A DNA stretch of 58,023 bases from Pseudomonadota bacterium (GCA_018241585.1 JAFEDN010000480.1:1-58023); one strand, 5' to 3'. Positions 35,490 to 45,400 are shown, counted from the first letter of the stretch. Made by a program: numbers and translations. The notes: generated by a model from the sequence alone, not told the origin.

Positions 35490-38090
35490 TTGGAAAGAGA
35501 TTTGAAGTTATTTAGTCGATCCTACATTTGCTTACCGGTTACCTTGCTGAGCACCTTATCAGTAACACCTATTGCCTTGGCTATGGATAATATTTCTGTC
35601 GCCAACCAACTAGGCTGGGTGTCTGCTCCTGAAGCCAACATCTGCCATGGTTATTTCTCCGAACCGCCGATTGTTCTTGAAAACCCCACCCCCAATCTGC
35701 AAGCGCCTGTGCATATCAGCTATGCGGGGCCAGGCACATTATCGACCTATGGGGAATCGGTAATCAGCCAAGAAGTTTTGATCACTCAACCCGGACGGCT
35801 CATCAAAGCAGATAGAGCAGTAATTTATAGAGACCCTAAAACAGGACAACTAGGTTACGTTAAATTAGAAGGGCATGTTGAAGTTCGTGAAAAAGGTAAA
35901 CTTTTAGTCGGCCCTTATTCGATAGTTCGTTTCGACCAACACACGGTTGAAGTGGGTCAATCCGCTTATCACTTGTATGAAGACCCCAATGTTTTGAAGC
36001 TACCTAATGTTCCTAAACCCTATGACGCCTGGGGCACTGCCGATAGAAGTTATCGCGACAACCAGGGAGTTATTCAACTCACCAACGCAACTTATAGTAC
36101 TTGCGAACCGACCAATCCCGCTTGGCAAATTTCCGCCGGCAAAATCGATCTTGACCAAAAATCTGGATGGGGAACCGCTTACAATATGAAGCTGCGTTTC
36201 TATGATGTTCCTGTTTTATATGTGCCCTTATACACTTTCCCTATTGATAATCGCAGAAAAACCGGCTTTTTAACGCCTGATATCACTTACCAATCTGCTA
36301 ACGGCTTAGAGGCTGCTTTTCCTTTTTACTGGAATTTAGCCCCCAATTATGACTTAACTACGACTCCTAAAGTGATTCAAACCCGAGGATTACTCCTCAA
36401 CAATCTCTTTAGATACCTGCTTAGCCCAGGAAATAATGGTGAAATGTATTTGAGTTTCAATCCGTATGATCCAAAATTCAATCAATTTCGTAAGGATACT
36501 TTAGCTAATCCTGGAGAAGCTCCTCCAGGTGTTTCTTTAACTCCTTATCTTAATGATTTAGCAAGCGACGGCTCAACTCGAGCTTTTTTCCATCTCTATG
36601 ATAGCGCCCATTTTAATGATAATTGGAACGGTCATATCCTGTTAAATTACGTGACTGATGATTATTTCTTTCAGGATTATGGCTCCGCTTATTCCGATAT
36701 TATCGCCAACCAGTTACCAAACCAAGGTGATATCGAATACCGAGACAACAATATTAGTTTCATTGGCTTGATTCAAGGTTACCAAACCTTACATATTATC
36801 GGTCAAGCAGCAAACCCAGCGTTAGACCAATATACCCGGTTACCGGAGTTAGATTTTAACAGCGATTTTGCTGATTTATTTTACGGTTTAGATTTTTCTC
36901 TAGGCGCACAATCGGTCAATTTTGCCTACAACAGCCAATTTGAACCGGAAACCACAGATTTGCCTGTAGGAGAGCGATTGCATTTGCGCCCTACTTTAAG
37001 CTGGCCGCTCTTTACGGCAGGAGCTTACCTAACTCCTCAAATTGCTTTGGATAGTACTTCTTATGCAACAAAATTAGCGACAGACGAAGCAGATCAGGAC
37101 CAAAATCAAATTCAACCTAATGGCGATTTCAATAATCGTCCTTCTTTTGATGCCAGCCGAAATATTCCTATTTTTGATGTTGATAGCGGTTTGTATTTTG
37201 ACCGTCCTCTTTTTTTAGATGATCGCCATTATCTGGCTACTTTGGAACCGCGATTTTACTATTTGTATGTACCTTACGTTAATCAAAATAAATATCCTAA
37301 TTTTGACTCCGAACTACTGCCTTTTACTTTTGAACAACTTTTTGATGTCAACCGGTTTACTAGTTACGATCGGCTGGAAAATGCTAATCAAATCAGTCTA
37401 GGGTTAACTTCCCGTTTTCTAAATAGTGATACTTCTTTTCAAAAATTAAAATTTGATACCGGTTTCGGTTACTATCTGGAATCACCAAAGGTATGCTTAG
37501 ACCCAACTGATTGCAGCACCAGCACCGATCAATTTATTTCCCCCCACTCCAGGCTAACACCTTTAGTTGCCCAATTAACTTATTATCCCTGGAAATATTG
37601 GTCAACCACCGCCAGCTATGCCTATGATGTTAATGTCGGCGCTACCAATAATGCCCAAATTGGCGTAGATTTTGATAAAGATCAAACGTATGTGTTTACC
37701 TTTAATTATATGTATGTTCGTGAACAAAACTTTCAAAACATGACTGACTCATATGGCTTCAGCAACAGCACCAATTTAATTAATGCCGGATTCGCGTGGC
37801 CATTTACTATTCATTGGAGCGGACTGGCTTACGGTCAATACAATATCAGCAAAGAACGGCCCGACAGCTATTATGGTGGTTTAGCTTATGACACTTGTTG
37901 TTGGAGCTTCCGGGTAATTGCTTCAAGAAGTTTCTGGAAACAGACCAATTCCGATGATGGATCGTTCGCAAATATCTATAAAAATGCCTACTATGTCCAA
38001 CTTCAATTAAAGAGTTTAGGCACTATCGGCAATAAACCAGGAAGCTTAATCAGTCAAACGTTAAGCAATTTTGCCGATCCTTTTAAATAA
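35490..38090 (+). CDS. lptD: LPS-assembly outer-membrane protein LptD
   Basis: 866 aa with signal peptide and OstA-N plus a large beta-barrel. Synteny with surA-pdxA-rsmA. Start is TTG and uncertain. Confidence 0.9.
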   Translation: MERDLKLFSRSYICLPVTLLSTLSVTPIALAMDNISVANQLGWVSAPEANICHGYFSEPPIVLENPTPNLQAPVHISYAGPGTLSTYGESVISQEVLITQPGRLIKADRAVIYRDPKTGQLGYVKLEGHVEVREKGKLLVGPYSIVRFDQHTVEVGQSAYHLYEDPNVLKLPNVPKPYDAWGTADRSYRDNQGVIQLTNATYSTCEPTNPAWQISAGKIDLDQKSGWGTAYNMKLRFYDVPVLYVPLYTFPIDNRRKTGFLTPDITYQSANGLEAAFPFYWNLAPNYDLTTTPKVIQTRGLLLNNLFRYLLSPGNNGEMYLSFNPYDPKFNQFRKDTLANPGEAPPGVSLTPYLNDLASDGSTRAFFHLYDSAHFNDNWNGHILLNYVTDDYFFQDYGSAYSDIIANQLPNQGDIEYRDNNISFIGLIQGYQTLHIIGQAANPALDQYTRLPELDFNSDFADLFYGLDFSLGAQSVNFAYNSQFEPETTDLPVGERLHLRPTLSWPLFTAGAYLTPQIALDSTSYATKLATDEADQDQNQIQPNGDFNNRPSFDASRNIPIFDVDSGLYFDRPLFLDDRHYLATLEPRFYYLYVPYVNQNKYPNFDSELLPFTFEQLFDVNRFTSYDRLENANQISLGLTSRFLNSDTSFQKLKFDTGFGYYLESPKVCLDPTDCSTSTDQFISPHSRLTPLVAQLTYYPWKYWSTTASYAYDVNVGATNNAQIGVDFDKDQTYVFTFNYMYVREQNFQNMTDSYGFSNSTNLINAGFAWPFTIHWSGLAYGQYNISKERPDSYYGGLAYDTCCWSFRVIASRSFWKQTNSDDGSFANIYKNAYYVQLQLKSLGTIGNKPGSLISQTLSNFADPFK

Positions 38091-38108
38091 AAAACGGGAG
38101 AAATTATC

Positions 38109-39071
38109 ATGATTCGAAAAATTTTATTGGTGTTAGTAACCTGCTTGATGTGCTGTTCATCTGCAATATGGGCGCAACCAAAATCTAATACCGCTACAAA
38201 TTCTAGCAAGGAGCCGGCAGTATTACAAAACCGTATTGCTGCTGTAGTCAATGATGAAATCATTCCTGAAAGCGAATTGGATATTATGATCGATCAAATG
38301 CGCTTACAGTTTACTACCAACCATCAAACTCCCCCTTCCGATGAAAAATTAAGACAGATGGCTCTCAATCAATTAATTTCATACCATCTGCAATTACAAA
38401 TGGCTGCCCGTAACCAAATACAGGTGACGCCATCTGAAATCGACGATGCTATTGATCGAATTGTTAAAGCTCATAACGCCACATTGGATCAACTTAAATT
38501 ACAATTATCCCAGCAAGGTATTAACTACGATGATTTTCGTAAAAAAATTGGTGAACAAATTATTATTGGTAAATTACAGCAAGGTATCGCCGCTGGACAA
38601 GTCAAGGTAACCGATCAGGATGTCGCCAATTATCAAAAAACCGCCGCAGGTCCTAAAGAGTTTCATATCGCCGATTTTTTCGTACCCCTGCCGGAAAAAT
38701 ATACTGCTGCTCAAAAGCAACAGGCATTGGCTAAAGCCAGCGGTATTCAGCAAAAGCTTAATAACGGGGTTAGCCCAGATACTCTCTCTCCACCGTACCG
38801 GGATTTAGGATGGCGCAATAAAGATAATTTGCCGGCCATCTTCGCTGCTCAACTCAACGTTTTAACTTTGAAAAACGCTTCCATGCCTTTACTGGCGCCT
38901 AATGGTTATCATGTTCTTAAAATATTAGAGGAACGTTCACCTCCTTCCACATTAAGCGATGATCAAATAAGACAATTACTGTTCCGTCAAAAATTTGAAG
39001 AAGCCGTAGCCAATATAGTCAACAAAGCCAAAGGTGAAGCTTATATTCAGATTATGCCGGCAAATCAATGA
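38109..39071 (+). CDS. surA: periplasmic chaperone/PPIase SurA (short, single-parvulin form)
   Basis: Signal peptide, then SurA N-domain (IAAVVNDEIIPESELD). 320 aa versus about 430 in E. coli. ATGA overlap with pdxA. Confidence 0.8.
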   Translation: MIRKILLVLVTCLMCCSSAIWAQPKSNTATNSSKEPAVLQNRIAAVVNDEIIPESELDIMIDQMRLQFTTNHQTPPSDEKLRQMALNQLISYHLQLQMAARNQIQVTPSEIDDAIDRIVKAHNATLDQLKLQLSQQGINYDDFRKKIGEQIIIGKLQQGIAAGQVKVTDQDVANYQKTAAGPKEFHIADFFVPLPEKYTAAQKQQALAKASGIQQKLNNGVSPDTLSPPYRDLGWRNKDNLPAIFAAQLNVLTLKNASMPLLAPNGYHVLKILEERSPPSTLSDDQIRQLLFRQKFEEAVANIVNKAKGEAYIQIMPANQ

Positions 39072-40009
39072 GCAATAGTAAAATGGAAGTGGTCCTAACA
39101 CCGGGCGAGCCTGCAGGCATCGGTCCAGATATTGTGGTGCAGTTATTAGATCGATATCGGCAATTACCGGTTGTTTTGGTAGCAGATCAAGGGTTAATTG
39201 AACAACGTGCTAATCTGTTAGGGGTGCGCTTGCCTGAAGATATTAAGATTCTGCATGTCCCATTAAGCCATAAAAGCCTTCCTGGTATTTTGGATTCGCG
39301 TAATGCCGGCTATGTTTTAGCATGCTTGGAGGTTGCCGCCAATGCCTGCTTACAGGGGAAATTCCATGCTTTGGTGACCGGTCCAGTTCATAAAGGCATT
39401 ATCAATCAGGCAGGGATTCCTTTTACTGGGCATACTGAATATCTCGCTCAGCTGACGAAGAGTGCTCATGTGGTTATGCTCATGGCCTGCGAATCGCTGA
39501 AGGTAGCTTTATTAACCACACATCTCCCGCTGTCAGAAGTACCTAAAGCAATCACTCAGGAAAAAATCTATAATACTATTCAGGTTATCCATAAAGACCT
39601 TGGTCACCGCTTTCAGTATGAAAATCCTCGAATAGCCGTTTGCGGCCTGAATCCTCACGCTGGCGAAAATGGCTACTTGGGCCGTGAAGAAATTGATATT
39701 ATCGCACCGGTTTTAAAAATATTAAAAGGAGCAGGTTTGTTGGTCCATGGCCCTTTACCAGCCGATACGGCGTTTACCCCTCAAGCATTGGAAAAATGTG
39801 ATGTGGTATTAACTCTGTATCATGACCAAGGTTTGCCGGTCATTAAAGCAAATTATTTTCAATCAACTGTTAATGTTACTTTAGGGTTACCCATCATTAG
39901 GACTTCTGTAGATCACGGTACTGCATTAGATTTGGCAGGGACAGGAAAAACCTGTTGTTTAAACCTGCTGGCCGCTATTGAAATGGCATTGCAATTAAAG
40001 GGTAATTAA
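39068..40009 (+). CDS. pdxA: 4-hydroxythreonine-4-phosphate dehydrogenase
   Basis: TPGEPAGIGPD, GHTEYLA, CGLNPHAGE, SVDHGTALDLAG. Confidence 0.92.
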   Translation: MSNSKMEVVLTPGEPAGIGPDIVVQLLDRYRQLPVVLVADQGLIEQRANLLGVRLPEDIKILHVPLSHKSLPGILDSRNAGYVLACLEVAANACLQGKFHALVTGPVHKGIINQAGIPFTGHTEYLAQLTKSAHVVMLMACESLKVALLTTHLPLSEVPKAITQEKIYNTIQVIHKDLGHRFQYENPRIAVCGLNPHAGENGYLGREEIDIIAPVLKILKGAGLLVHGPLPADTAFTPQALEKCDVVLTLYHDQGLPVIKANYFQSTVNVTLGLPIIRTSVDHGTALDLAGTGKTCCLNLLAAIEMALQLKGN

Positions 40010-40013
40010 CTCG

Positions 40014-40799
40014 ATGACTCATTCCTATCATCAAGCTCGGAAACGCTTTGGACAACATTTTTTAGTGAACGAAACCGTATTAGAAAAAATAACTGCCGCC
40101 ATTGGATTATCAACCACAGATCATGTTGTGGAAATTGGCCCAGGAAAAGGCGCCCTGACCCAGTATTTACTACCGTTGGTTAACCATTTGACTGTTATTG
40201 AAATTGACCATGACCTGGCTGGCTATCTGCGAAGCCGTTTTGAGAACATAGTCAACTTTACTCTATACAATACCGATGTTTTGCATTTTGATTGGTCGGC
40301 CACTTTTACAACCCGGCAGCGGCTGGTTGGCAATTTGCCTTATAACATTACTTCGGTGCTGCTATTTCAATTGTTTGAATTCACTGAGCTAATTCAAGAC
40401 ATGCATTTTTTGCTGCAAAAAGAAGTGGTTGACCGATTAACTGCAGCTCCAGGCAGCAGTAACTATAGTAGATTATCGGTAATGGCCCAATATCATGCCA
40501 ATATCTGCTCTTTGTTTGAGGTTGAAGCCAGTTGTTTTGATCCTCCTCCCCGGGTTGAATCGGCGTTCGCCCGTTTTGATCTGCATGCAACGCCCCCTTA
40601 CCCGGCAAAAAATTTTGCTCTGTTCGCGAAAATCGTAAAGGAAGCATTCTGTTACCGAAGAAAAACCTTGGCTAACAGCTTGTCACACTTTATTAATGCT
40701 CAACAACTCGAGCAATTAGGAATTGATCCGCATTGGCGTCCTCAGCAAATATCTGTAGAGAACTTCGTAAAAATTAGTAACAGCGGCTTCATTTCCTGA
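40014..40799 (+). CDS. rsmA: 16S rRNA (adenine1518/1519-N6)-dimethyltransferase
   Basis: RKRFGQHFL, EIGPGKGALT, GNLPYNI. Confidence 0.92.
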   Translation: MTHSYHQARKRFGQHFLVNETVLEKITAAIGLSTTDHVVEIGPGKGALTQYLLPLVNHLTVIEIDHDLAGYLRSRFENIVNFTLYNTDVLHFDWSATFTTRQRLVGNLPYNITSVLLFQLFEFTELIQDMHFLLQKEVVDRLTAAPGSSNYSRLSVMAQYHANICSLFEVEASCFDPPPRVESAFARFDLHATPPYPAKNFALFAKIVKEAFCYRRKTLANSLSHFINAQQLEQLGIDPHWRPQQISVENFVKISNSGFIS

Positions 40800-40860
40800 T
40801 CAGGGATCGTAAGGGAGAGCAGAGCGGCGCCGACTTTCCCCTTGCGATTACTCATCAGGC
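40794..40860 (+). repeat. minimal core-type repeat copy D, a single long hairpin overlapping the rsmA stop codon
   Basis: CCTGATCAGGGATCGTAAGGG [22-nt loop] CCCCTTGCGATTACTCATCAGG. The rsmA TGA (40797..40799) lies in the 5' arm. Confidence 0.8.
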
Positions 40861-40909
40861 AAGGTATTTTATTGTATGTTAAATGGAATTCCCTTTAAGG
40901 AGGTATGGT

Positions 40910-41347
40910 GTGTTAAAATATCAACATGTTTTAGTTGCGGTCGATTTGTCACCGTTAACTGAACAAATCATTAGCCAAGCTAAGCAAATTGCGGATGATA
41001 GTAAAGCCTTACTGAGTCTGGTACATGTAATGGAACACTCGCCAGTTGCTTACGGCGGAGAATTTTCCATTCCCGTAGATGTTAATTTAGAACAATCACT
41101 GGAAAAAGAAGTACGGGGAGAATTGCAAAAATTGGGTGATAAATTTCAGATACCTGTTGATCGCCAATATTTGGAAAGTGGAGCAGTCAAATTGGCCGTA
41201 ACCGATTTAGCTGAATCTTTACATGCCGATTTAATTGTTGTAGGAACTCATGGTCATCATGGTTTAGACTTATTGTTAGGTTCTAGAGCCAATGCCATCC
41301 TGCATCGTGCTCAATGTGATGTCTTAGTTATTAGGGTCAAGGAATAA
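40910..41347 (+). CDS. universal stress protein (UspA family)
   Basis: YQHVLVAVDLS and VVGTHGHHGLDLLLGS. I prefer GTG 40910 (AGGAGG 6 nt upstream) over the track's ATG 40883. Confidence 0.8.
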   Translation: MLKYQHVLVAVDLSPLTEQIISQAKQIADDSKALLSLVHVMEHSPVAYGGEFSIPVDVNLEQSLEKEVRGELQKLGDKFQIPVDRQYLESGAVKLAVTDLAESLHADLIVVGTHGHHGLDLLLGSRANAILHRAQCDVLVIRVKE

Positions 41348-41349
41348 AA

Positions 41350-42279
41350 ATGGAAGAAATTCTAGCAAAAGAACTGTTAGCAGATCGTCGCAAAGATAGA
41401 CGCTGGCGCAACATTCGTTGGGTCGGCTGGATGATAATCTTAATTTTGTTTTTAATTATTTTTTTATTAGCCGCAGGCGTCGGCAGCAACCATAAATCCG
41501 AAATAGGCGCCGGCCAACCTTATGTGGCTTTGATTCGTTTAACCGGGATAATCATGCCCGAAACGGATTTTTCGGCAGAGAAAGTGGTTCCCCAATTGAA
41601 CGAAGCTTTTACTGACAATAATGCCAAAGGGGTCGTGCTGATTATTAATTCCCCGGGCGGCAGTCCCGTACAAGCCTCTATTATTCATGATAAAATTGTG
41701 GCTTTAAAGCAAAAATATAAGAAAAAAGTGATCGTAGTCGGTGAAGATGCTCTAGCTTCCGGGTCTTATTTAGTTGCGACCGCTGCTGATAAAATTTACG
41801 TCAATAATGATACTTTAACAGGTTCCATTGGTGTCATTATGGAAGGTTTCGGCGCTAATGACGCTATTGCCAAAATAGGGATACAACGCCGGGTTTTCAC
41901 TGCAGGTGCTAACAAAGACCGGCTAGACCCTTTTCAACCGCTAAAGCCAGAAGATGTTGCCAAAGTAAAAACCGTGCTAGATCAAGTACATCAAAGTTTT
42001 ATCAATGATGTTCTAACCGGGCGGCAGGGGAAATTGAAAGGAGATCAAAAGGAATTATTTTCCGGGGACTTCTGGAGCGGACAACAAGCTGTGCAATTAG
42101 GTTTAGCGGATGACACTTTAAATCTTTGGGATGCAATGGAAAAAGAATTCAATACCCGGTATTACAAAGATTACAGTGTTAAACCTTCATTCTTACAGGA
42201 ATTATTAGGGAATGTCGGTACAGAATTACATTTGAATTTTTCTCAACAATTTAACAAACACTTGGATGCTTCAATATAG
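41350..42279 (+). CDS. sppA: S49-family signal peptide peptidase (SppA, 36K type)
   Basis: N-terminal TM, VLIINSPGGS, catalytic-Ser region ASGSYLVA. Confidence 0.8.
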   Translation: MEEILAKELLADRRKDRRWRNIRWVGWMIILILFLIIFLLAAGVGSNHKSEIGAGQPYVALIRLTGIIMPETDFSAEKVVPQLNEAFTDNNAKGVVLIINSPGGSPVQASIIHDKIVALKQKYKKKVIVVGEDALASGSYLVATAADKIYVNNDTLTGSIGVIMEGFGANDAIAKIGIQRRVFTAGANKDRLDPFQPLKPEDVAKVKTVLDQVHQSFINDVLTGRQGKLKGDQKELFSGDFWSGQQAVQLGLADDTLNLWDAMEKEFNTRYYKDYSVKPSFLQELLGNVGTELHLNFSQQFNKHLDASI

Positions 42280-42290
42280 ATAGACAATAT

Positions 42291-42899
42291 TTGTATGGCC
42301 GGTTAGACCAGGTAGCGTCAGACCCATTTGATCAATTCGATATCTGGTTTAACCAAGCCTGTATGGATATGCCATTAAAATTGGTTAATTCCATGGTGTT
42401 GGCCACCACCTCAAATAATTTCCCTTCGGCACGCGTGGTATTATTAAAAGAATACAGTCCAGAGGGTTTGGTCTTTTACACTAATTATTTAAGTAGAAAA
42501 GGGTGTGAAATTTCCGAAAACCCAAATGTTTCTTTGTTATTTTGGTGGGAAGCTCATGAAAGACAAGTCAGGATCGAAGGTATAGCCGAAAAAATTTCTC
42601 ATGAACGATCCGAAGCTTATTTTCATACTCGCCCTAAATTTTCTCAAATTGCAGCGATGGCTTCGAAACAAAGTAAGCCTCTTGAAAATTTACAAGATTT
42701 TCAAAGTGATTATCAAACATTATTAGAACAATATGCCTCGGCTGAAATTTCTCTACCTTGCCCTGAAAATTGGGGGGGATATTTAATTAAACCTAAGCTC
42801 TTCGAATTTTGGCAAGGACGTGAAAACCGATTACATGATCGATTTCAATTCAAGCTCGACACTGACGGAAATTGGAAAATATCTCGTCTATATCCTTAA
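42291..42899 (+). CDS. pdxH: pyridoxamine 5'-phosphate oxidase
   Basis: DPFDQFDIWFNQA, FYTNYLSRKG, WGGYLIKP.. EFWQGR..RLHDR. TTG start. Shorter N-terminus than E. coli PdxH. Confidence 0.88.
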   Translation: MYGRLDQVASDPFDQFDIWFNQACMDMPLKLVNSMVLATTSNNFPSARVVLLKEYSPEGLVFYTNYLSRKGCEISENPNVSLLFWWEAHERQVRIEGIAEKISHERSEAYFHTRPKFSQIAAMASKQSKPLENLQDFQSDYQTLLEQYASAEISLPCPENWGGYLIKPKLFEFWQGRENRLHDRFQFKLDTDGNWKISRLYP

Positions 42900-42951
42900 C
42901 ATCACTAGATGACTTGTAACCTTTCACGAGCTGAAGCAGCGATTCGATGGC

Positions 42952-43575
42952 TCAGTGGCTGGCGACATGAGCGACAATGGTCATTACCCCAGATAAAACC
43001 ATCACTCCAGTAACTAGCATGCCACCAAACCATATTTTTAAATCCCTGCGAAGTATTTCTGAAGTTAATGTGATTTTGTTTTCAAGTTCTTTAGATTGTT
43101 GGATTATTTTCGTATCGAGTTCTCTAAATTGTTGAGTTGTTTTCTCATCGAATTCTCTAAATTGCCGGGTTGTTTTCTCATCGAATTCTCTAAATTGCCG
43201 GGTTGTTTTCTCATCGAATTCTCTAAATTGCTGGGTTGTTTTCGCATCGAATTCTGTAAATTGCCGGGTTGTTTTCGCATCGAACTCTACAAATTGCCGG
43301 GTTGTTTTCGTATCTAACTCTTTTATTTGCTGATCTAGTTCCTTAAATTGTTGAGTCATGCGCAATTCAAGTTCTTTTATTTGAGAAGTTAAGTCTAACT
43401 CAGTCTCTTTTAAATCGCTTTTAGTTAGTGATTGTTCCTGAACAATCATAAAAATGGTTTCGGCTTGAGCTTCTGCTTGCTCACGGGTAAAACCAACTGC
43501 CTCTAATCGCTTTACATATCCTAAAGGATCAAAATGAATTCCTGGATTACTCATGTTTTTCTCTGGTTTTGCCAT
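42952..43575 (-). CDS. DUF1640-like coiled-coil protein with C-terminal TM anchor and internal 11-aa tandem repeats
   Basis: N-terminus FDPLGYVKRLEAVGFTREQAEAQAE is DUF1640-like. Central repeats (F.EFD.KTTRQ)x6-7. C-terminal TM WFGGMLVTGVMVLSGVMTIV. Confidence 0.65.
   Translation of the reverse strand: MAKPEKNMSNPGIHFDPLGYVKRLEAVGFTREQAEAQAETIFMIVQEQSLTKSDLKETELDLTSQIKELELRMTQQFKELDQQIKELDTKTTRQFVEFDAKTTRQFTEFDAKTTQQFREFDEKTTRQFREFDEKTTRQFREFDEKTTQQFRELDTKIIQQSKELENKITLTSEILRRDLKIWFGGMLVTGVMVLSGVMTIVAHVASH
43114..43311. repeat. 33-bp in-frame tandem repeat, 6 units (3 nearly identical) plus degenerate flanks
   Basis: The unit ATCGAATTCTCTAAATTGCCGGGTTGTTTTCTC starts at 43114, 43147, 43180, 43213, 43246 and 43279. 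Units 2 and 3 are identical. Confidence 0.9.
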
Positions 43576-43624
43576 AATAACCTCTTAAAATATACAATTA
43601 GCATATTTTAATTAGTTTATTATT

Positions 43625-44464
43625 TCATGCAATACCGTGATTATCTTTTTTACAGGCGGTCATAAACCCCCGCAATAATTTTATCATCTGTAAAATAGAT
43701 TGACGCGCTGTGAGTAAAGTTTCTTCATGAGATTGCGGCAAAACACTTAATCCAGCGGCAAAATTGGTGACTAAAGTCAAACCAATTACTCGCAAGCCGC
43801 AATGACGAGCTGCAAGCACTTCCGGGACTACCGACATGCCGACCACATCAGCGCCAAAATCTCGGAATAATCGAATTTCAGCCGGAGTTTCAAAAGTAGG
43901 ACCTAGCACGCTGATATAAACCCCTTCCATCACTGAAATGGTCAATTCATGCGCTACTTTTTCCATTTGCAGACACCAAGCCTTATCATAAGCTTCAGTC
44001 ATATCCGGAAAACGTTCTCCAAAGTTGGGATCATTTCTTCCAGCTAAGGGATTACGCCCTTGAAAATTAATATGATCTTTTAACAGCACCAATTGACCCG
44101 GCTTTATTTCACTACTCAGTGAACCGACAGCACCTGTTATAATGACTGTGTGACAACCTAGAAGTTTTAAAGTTCGAACATAAGTTAAGATATGGCTAGA
44201 GTCACAGCCTTCATAATAATGAGCGCGGCCACCCAAGCAGATAACCGGTACTTGCTGTAAAAAACCCATGGTTAATTCTGCTTTTTGCCCTTCAATTAGG
44301 TCGACAGGAAAACCTGGCAAATCTTGAAAAAGCAGGGTTTTCGGTTGAGTCAGTTCTTGTAACAGCAGCCCCAGACCAGAACCCAGTATAATGCCAAACG
44401 CAGGTTTAAAATCCGGGGCCGCCTTTGCAACAGCTTGTGCAGCCTGATAAGCAGCTTCAGTCAT
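43625..44464 (-). CDS. purine nucleoside phosphorylase (PunA/MTAP-type, trimeric class)
   Basis: GIILGSGLG, GRAHYYEG, GMSVVPE. Confidence 0.85.
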   Translation of the reverse strand: MTEAAYQAAQAVAKAAPDFKPAFGIILGSGLGLLLQELTQPKTLLFQDLPGFPVDLIEGQKAELTMGFLQQVPVICLGGRAHYYEGCDSSHILTYVRTLKLLGCHTVIITGAVGSLSSEIKPGQLVLLKDHINFQGRNPLAGRNDPNFGERFPDMTEAYDKAWCLQMEKVAHELTISVMEGVYISVLGPTFETPAEIRLFRDFGADVVGMSVVPEVLAARHCGLRVIGLTLVTNFAAGLSVLPQSHEETLLTARQSILQMIKLLRGFMTACKKDNHGIA

Positions 44465-44877
44465 AGATCAAGTACTCCCAAAGTAAAGGCGCCAAAAGGA
44501 AATGGCAACAGTTGTTTCATGGTAATATGCTGATAAACTCCTGGTAAGGTACAGAGATGACAAATGCTGTCCGGAAGAGAAAATTCAAATAATCGTTGGC
44601 GGCACGCGCCACAAGGAAAACAGATTTCATTTCCTGAAGAAATAACCAATATTTCCGACCATCGCCTTTGTCCATCATTCACCAGCGCAGATAAAGCACA
44701 GGCTTCAGCACATAAACTTAACCCGTAAGAGGCGTTTTCAATATTACCACCGGTCACCAAAGAGCCATTTCCGGCTCTTAAACAGGCGCCCACTAAAAAC
44801 TTCGAATAAGGCGCATAAGCTTTTTCCATGGCCTCTTTAGCTGCAACTAATAACTCAAAAGGTGGACCTTTTTGCAA
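44461..44877 (-). CDS. cdd: cytidine deaminase
   Basis: Zinc motifs CAEACA and PCGACRQ. 138 aa (tetrameric type). Confidence 0.88.
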   Translation of the reverse strand: MQKGPPFELLVAAKEAMEKAYAPYSKFLVGACLRAGNGSLVTGGNIENASYGLSLCAEACALSALVNDGQRRWSEILVISSGNEICFPCGACRQRLFEFSLPDSICHLCTLPGVYQHITMKQLLPFPFGAFTLGVLDL

Positions 44878-45400
44878 TCGTTATTCTCCTGGCTTGCAAT
44901 CCCTCGTTGCCAACAGCAGGCAGAAATTTGACTTTTTCTCCTACTTGCAATTGATGAAACTTAACGTCCATCAAATGACTTAAATTAAAATAATACTCAT
45001 TTTTTTCTTGATCAACAATAAAACCATAACCTTCATCTTCCATCAAACGAGCTATCTCACCTAAAAGACGCTCCCCATGGTTTTTAGTATCTCCATAAAG
45101 GCGGCGCCGGTACTCATCTAACTGCTCTCTAAGGCTGTCGGTAGCCTGCTGGATAGCTAAATACAAATTCTCTTGAGGATGATGAGATGCGATTAGGTAC
45201 TTCCCTGGCACATTCATAAAAATCGTCACGTTATGCAATTTTCCTTGATGCTGATGTTTTTGGACCTGCTCGACAACCACCTGGCAGGAGGTTATCCGGT
45301 TATAAACATGGTCCAACTTATTGATTTTTTCTCTTATACGGTCTTCTACAGCAGCAGAATGATCAATATCACGGAAAGTAATTTTTAATGGCTGTTGCAT
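44855..45400 (-). CDS. HPF/RaiA-type ribosome-associated factor fused to a C-terminal cold-shock (CSD/S1-like) domain
   Basis: The N-terminal ~105 aa are HPF-like (KITFRDIDHSAAVEDRIREKINKLDHVYNRITSCQVVV). The C-terminus GYGFIVDQEKNEYYFNLSHL...GEKVKFLP..GNEGLQARRI is cold-shock-like. Confidence 0.72.
   Translation of the reverse strand: MQQPLKITFRDIDHSAAVEDRIREKINKLDHVYNRITSCQVVVEQVQKHQHQGKLHNVTIFMNVPGKYLIASHHPQENLYLAIQQATDSLREQLDEYRRRLYGDTKNHGERLLGEIARLMEDEGYGFIVDQEKNEYYFNLSHLMDVKFHQLQVGEKVKFLPAVGNEGLQARRITIAKRSTF

Noticed and set aside
43114-43311. A regularly spaced 33-bp repeat array that could superficially look like a CRISPR array
   Set aside because: The units are directly adjacent, with no unique spacers. 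They lie in frame inside a 207-aa ORF and encode an 11-aa coiled-coil repeat. No cas genes are present.
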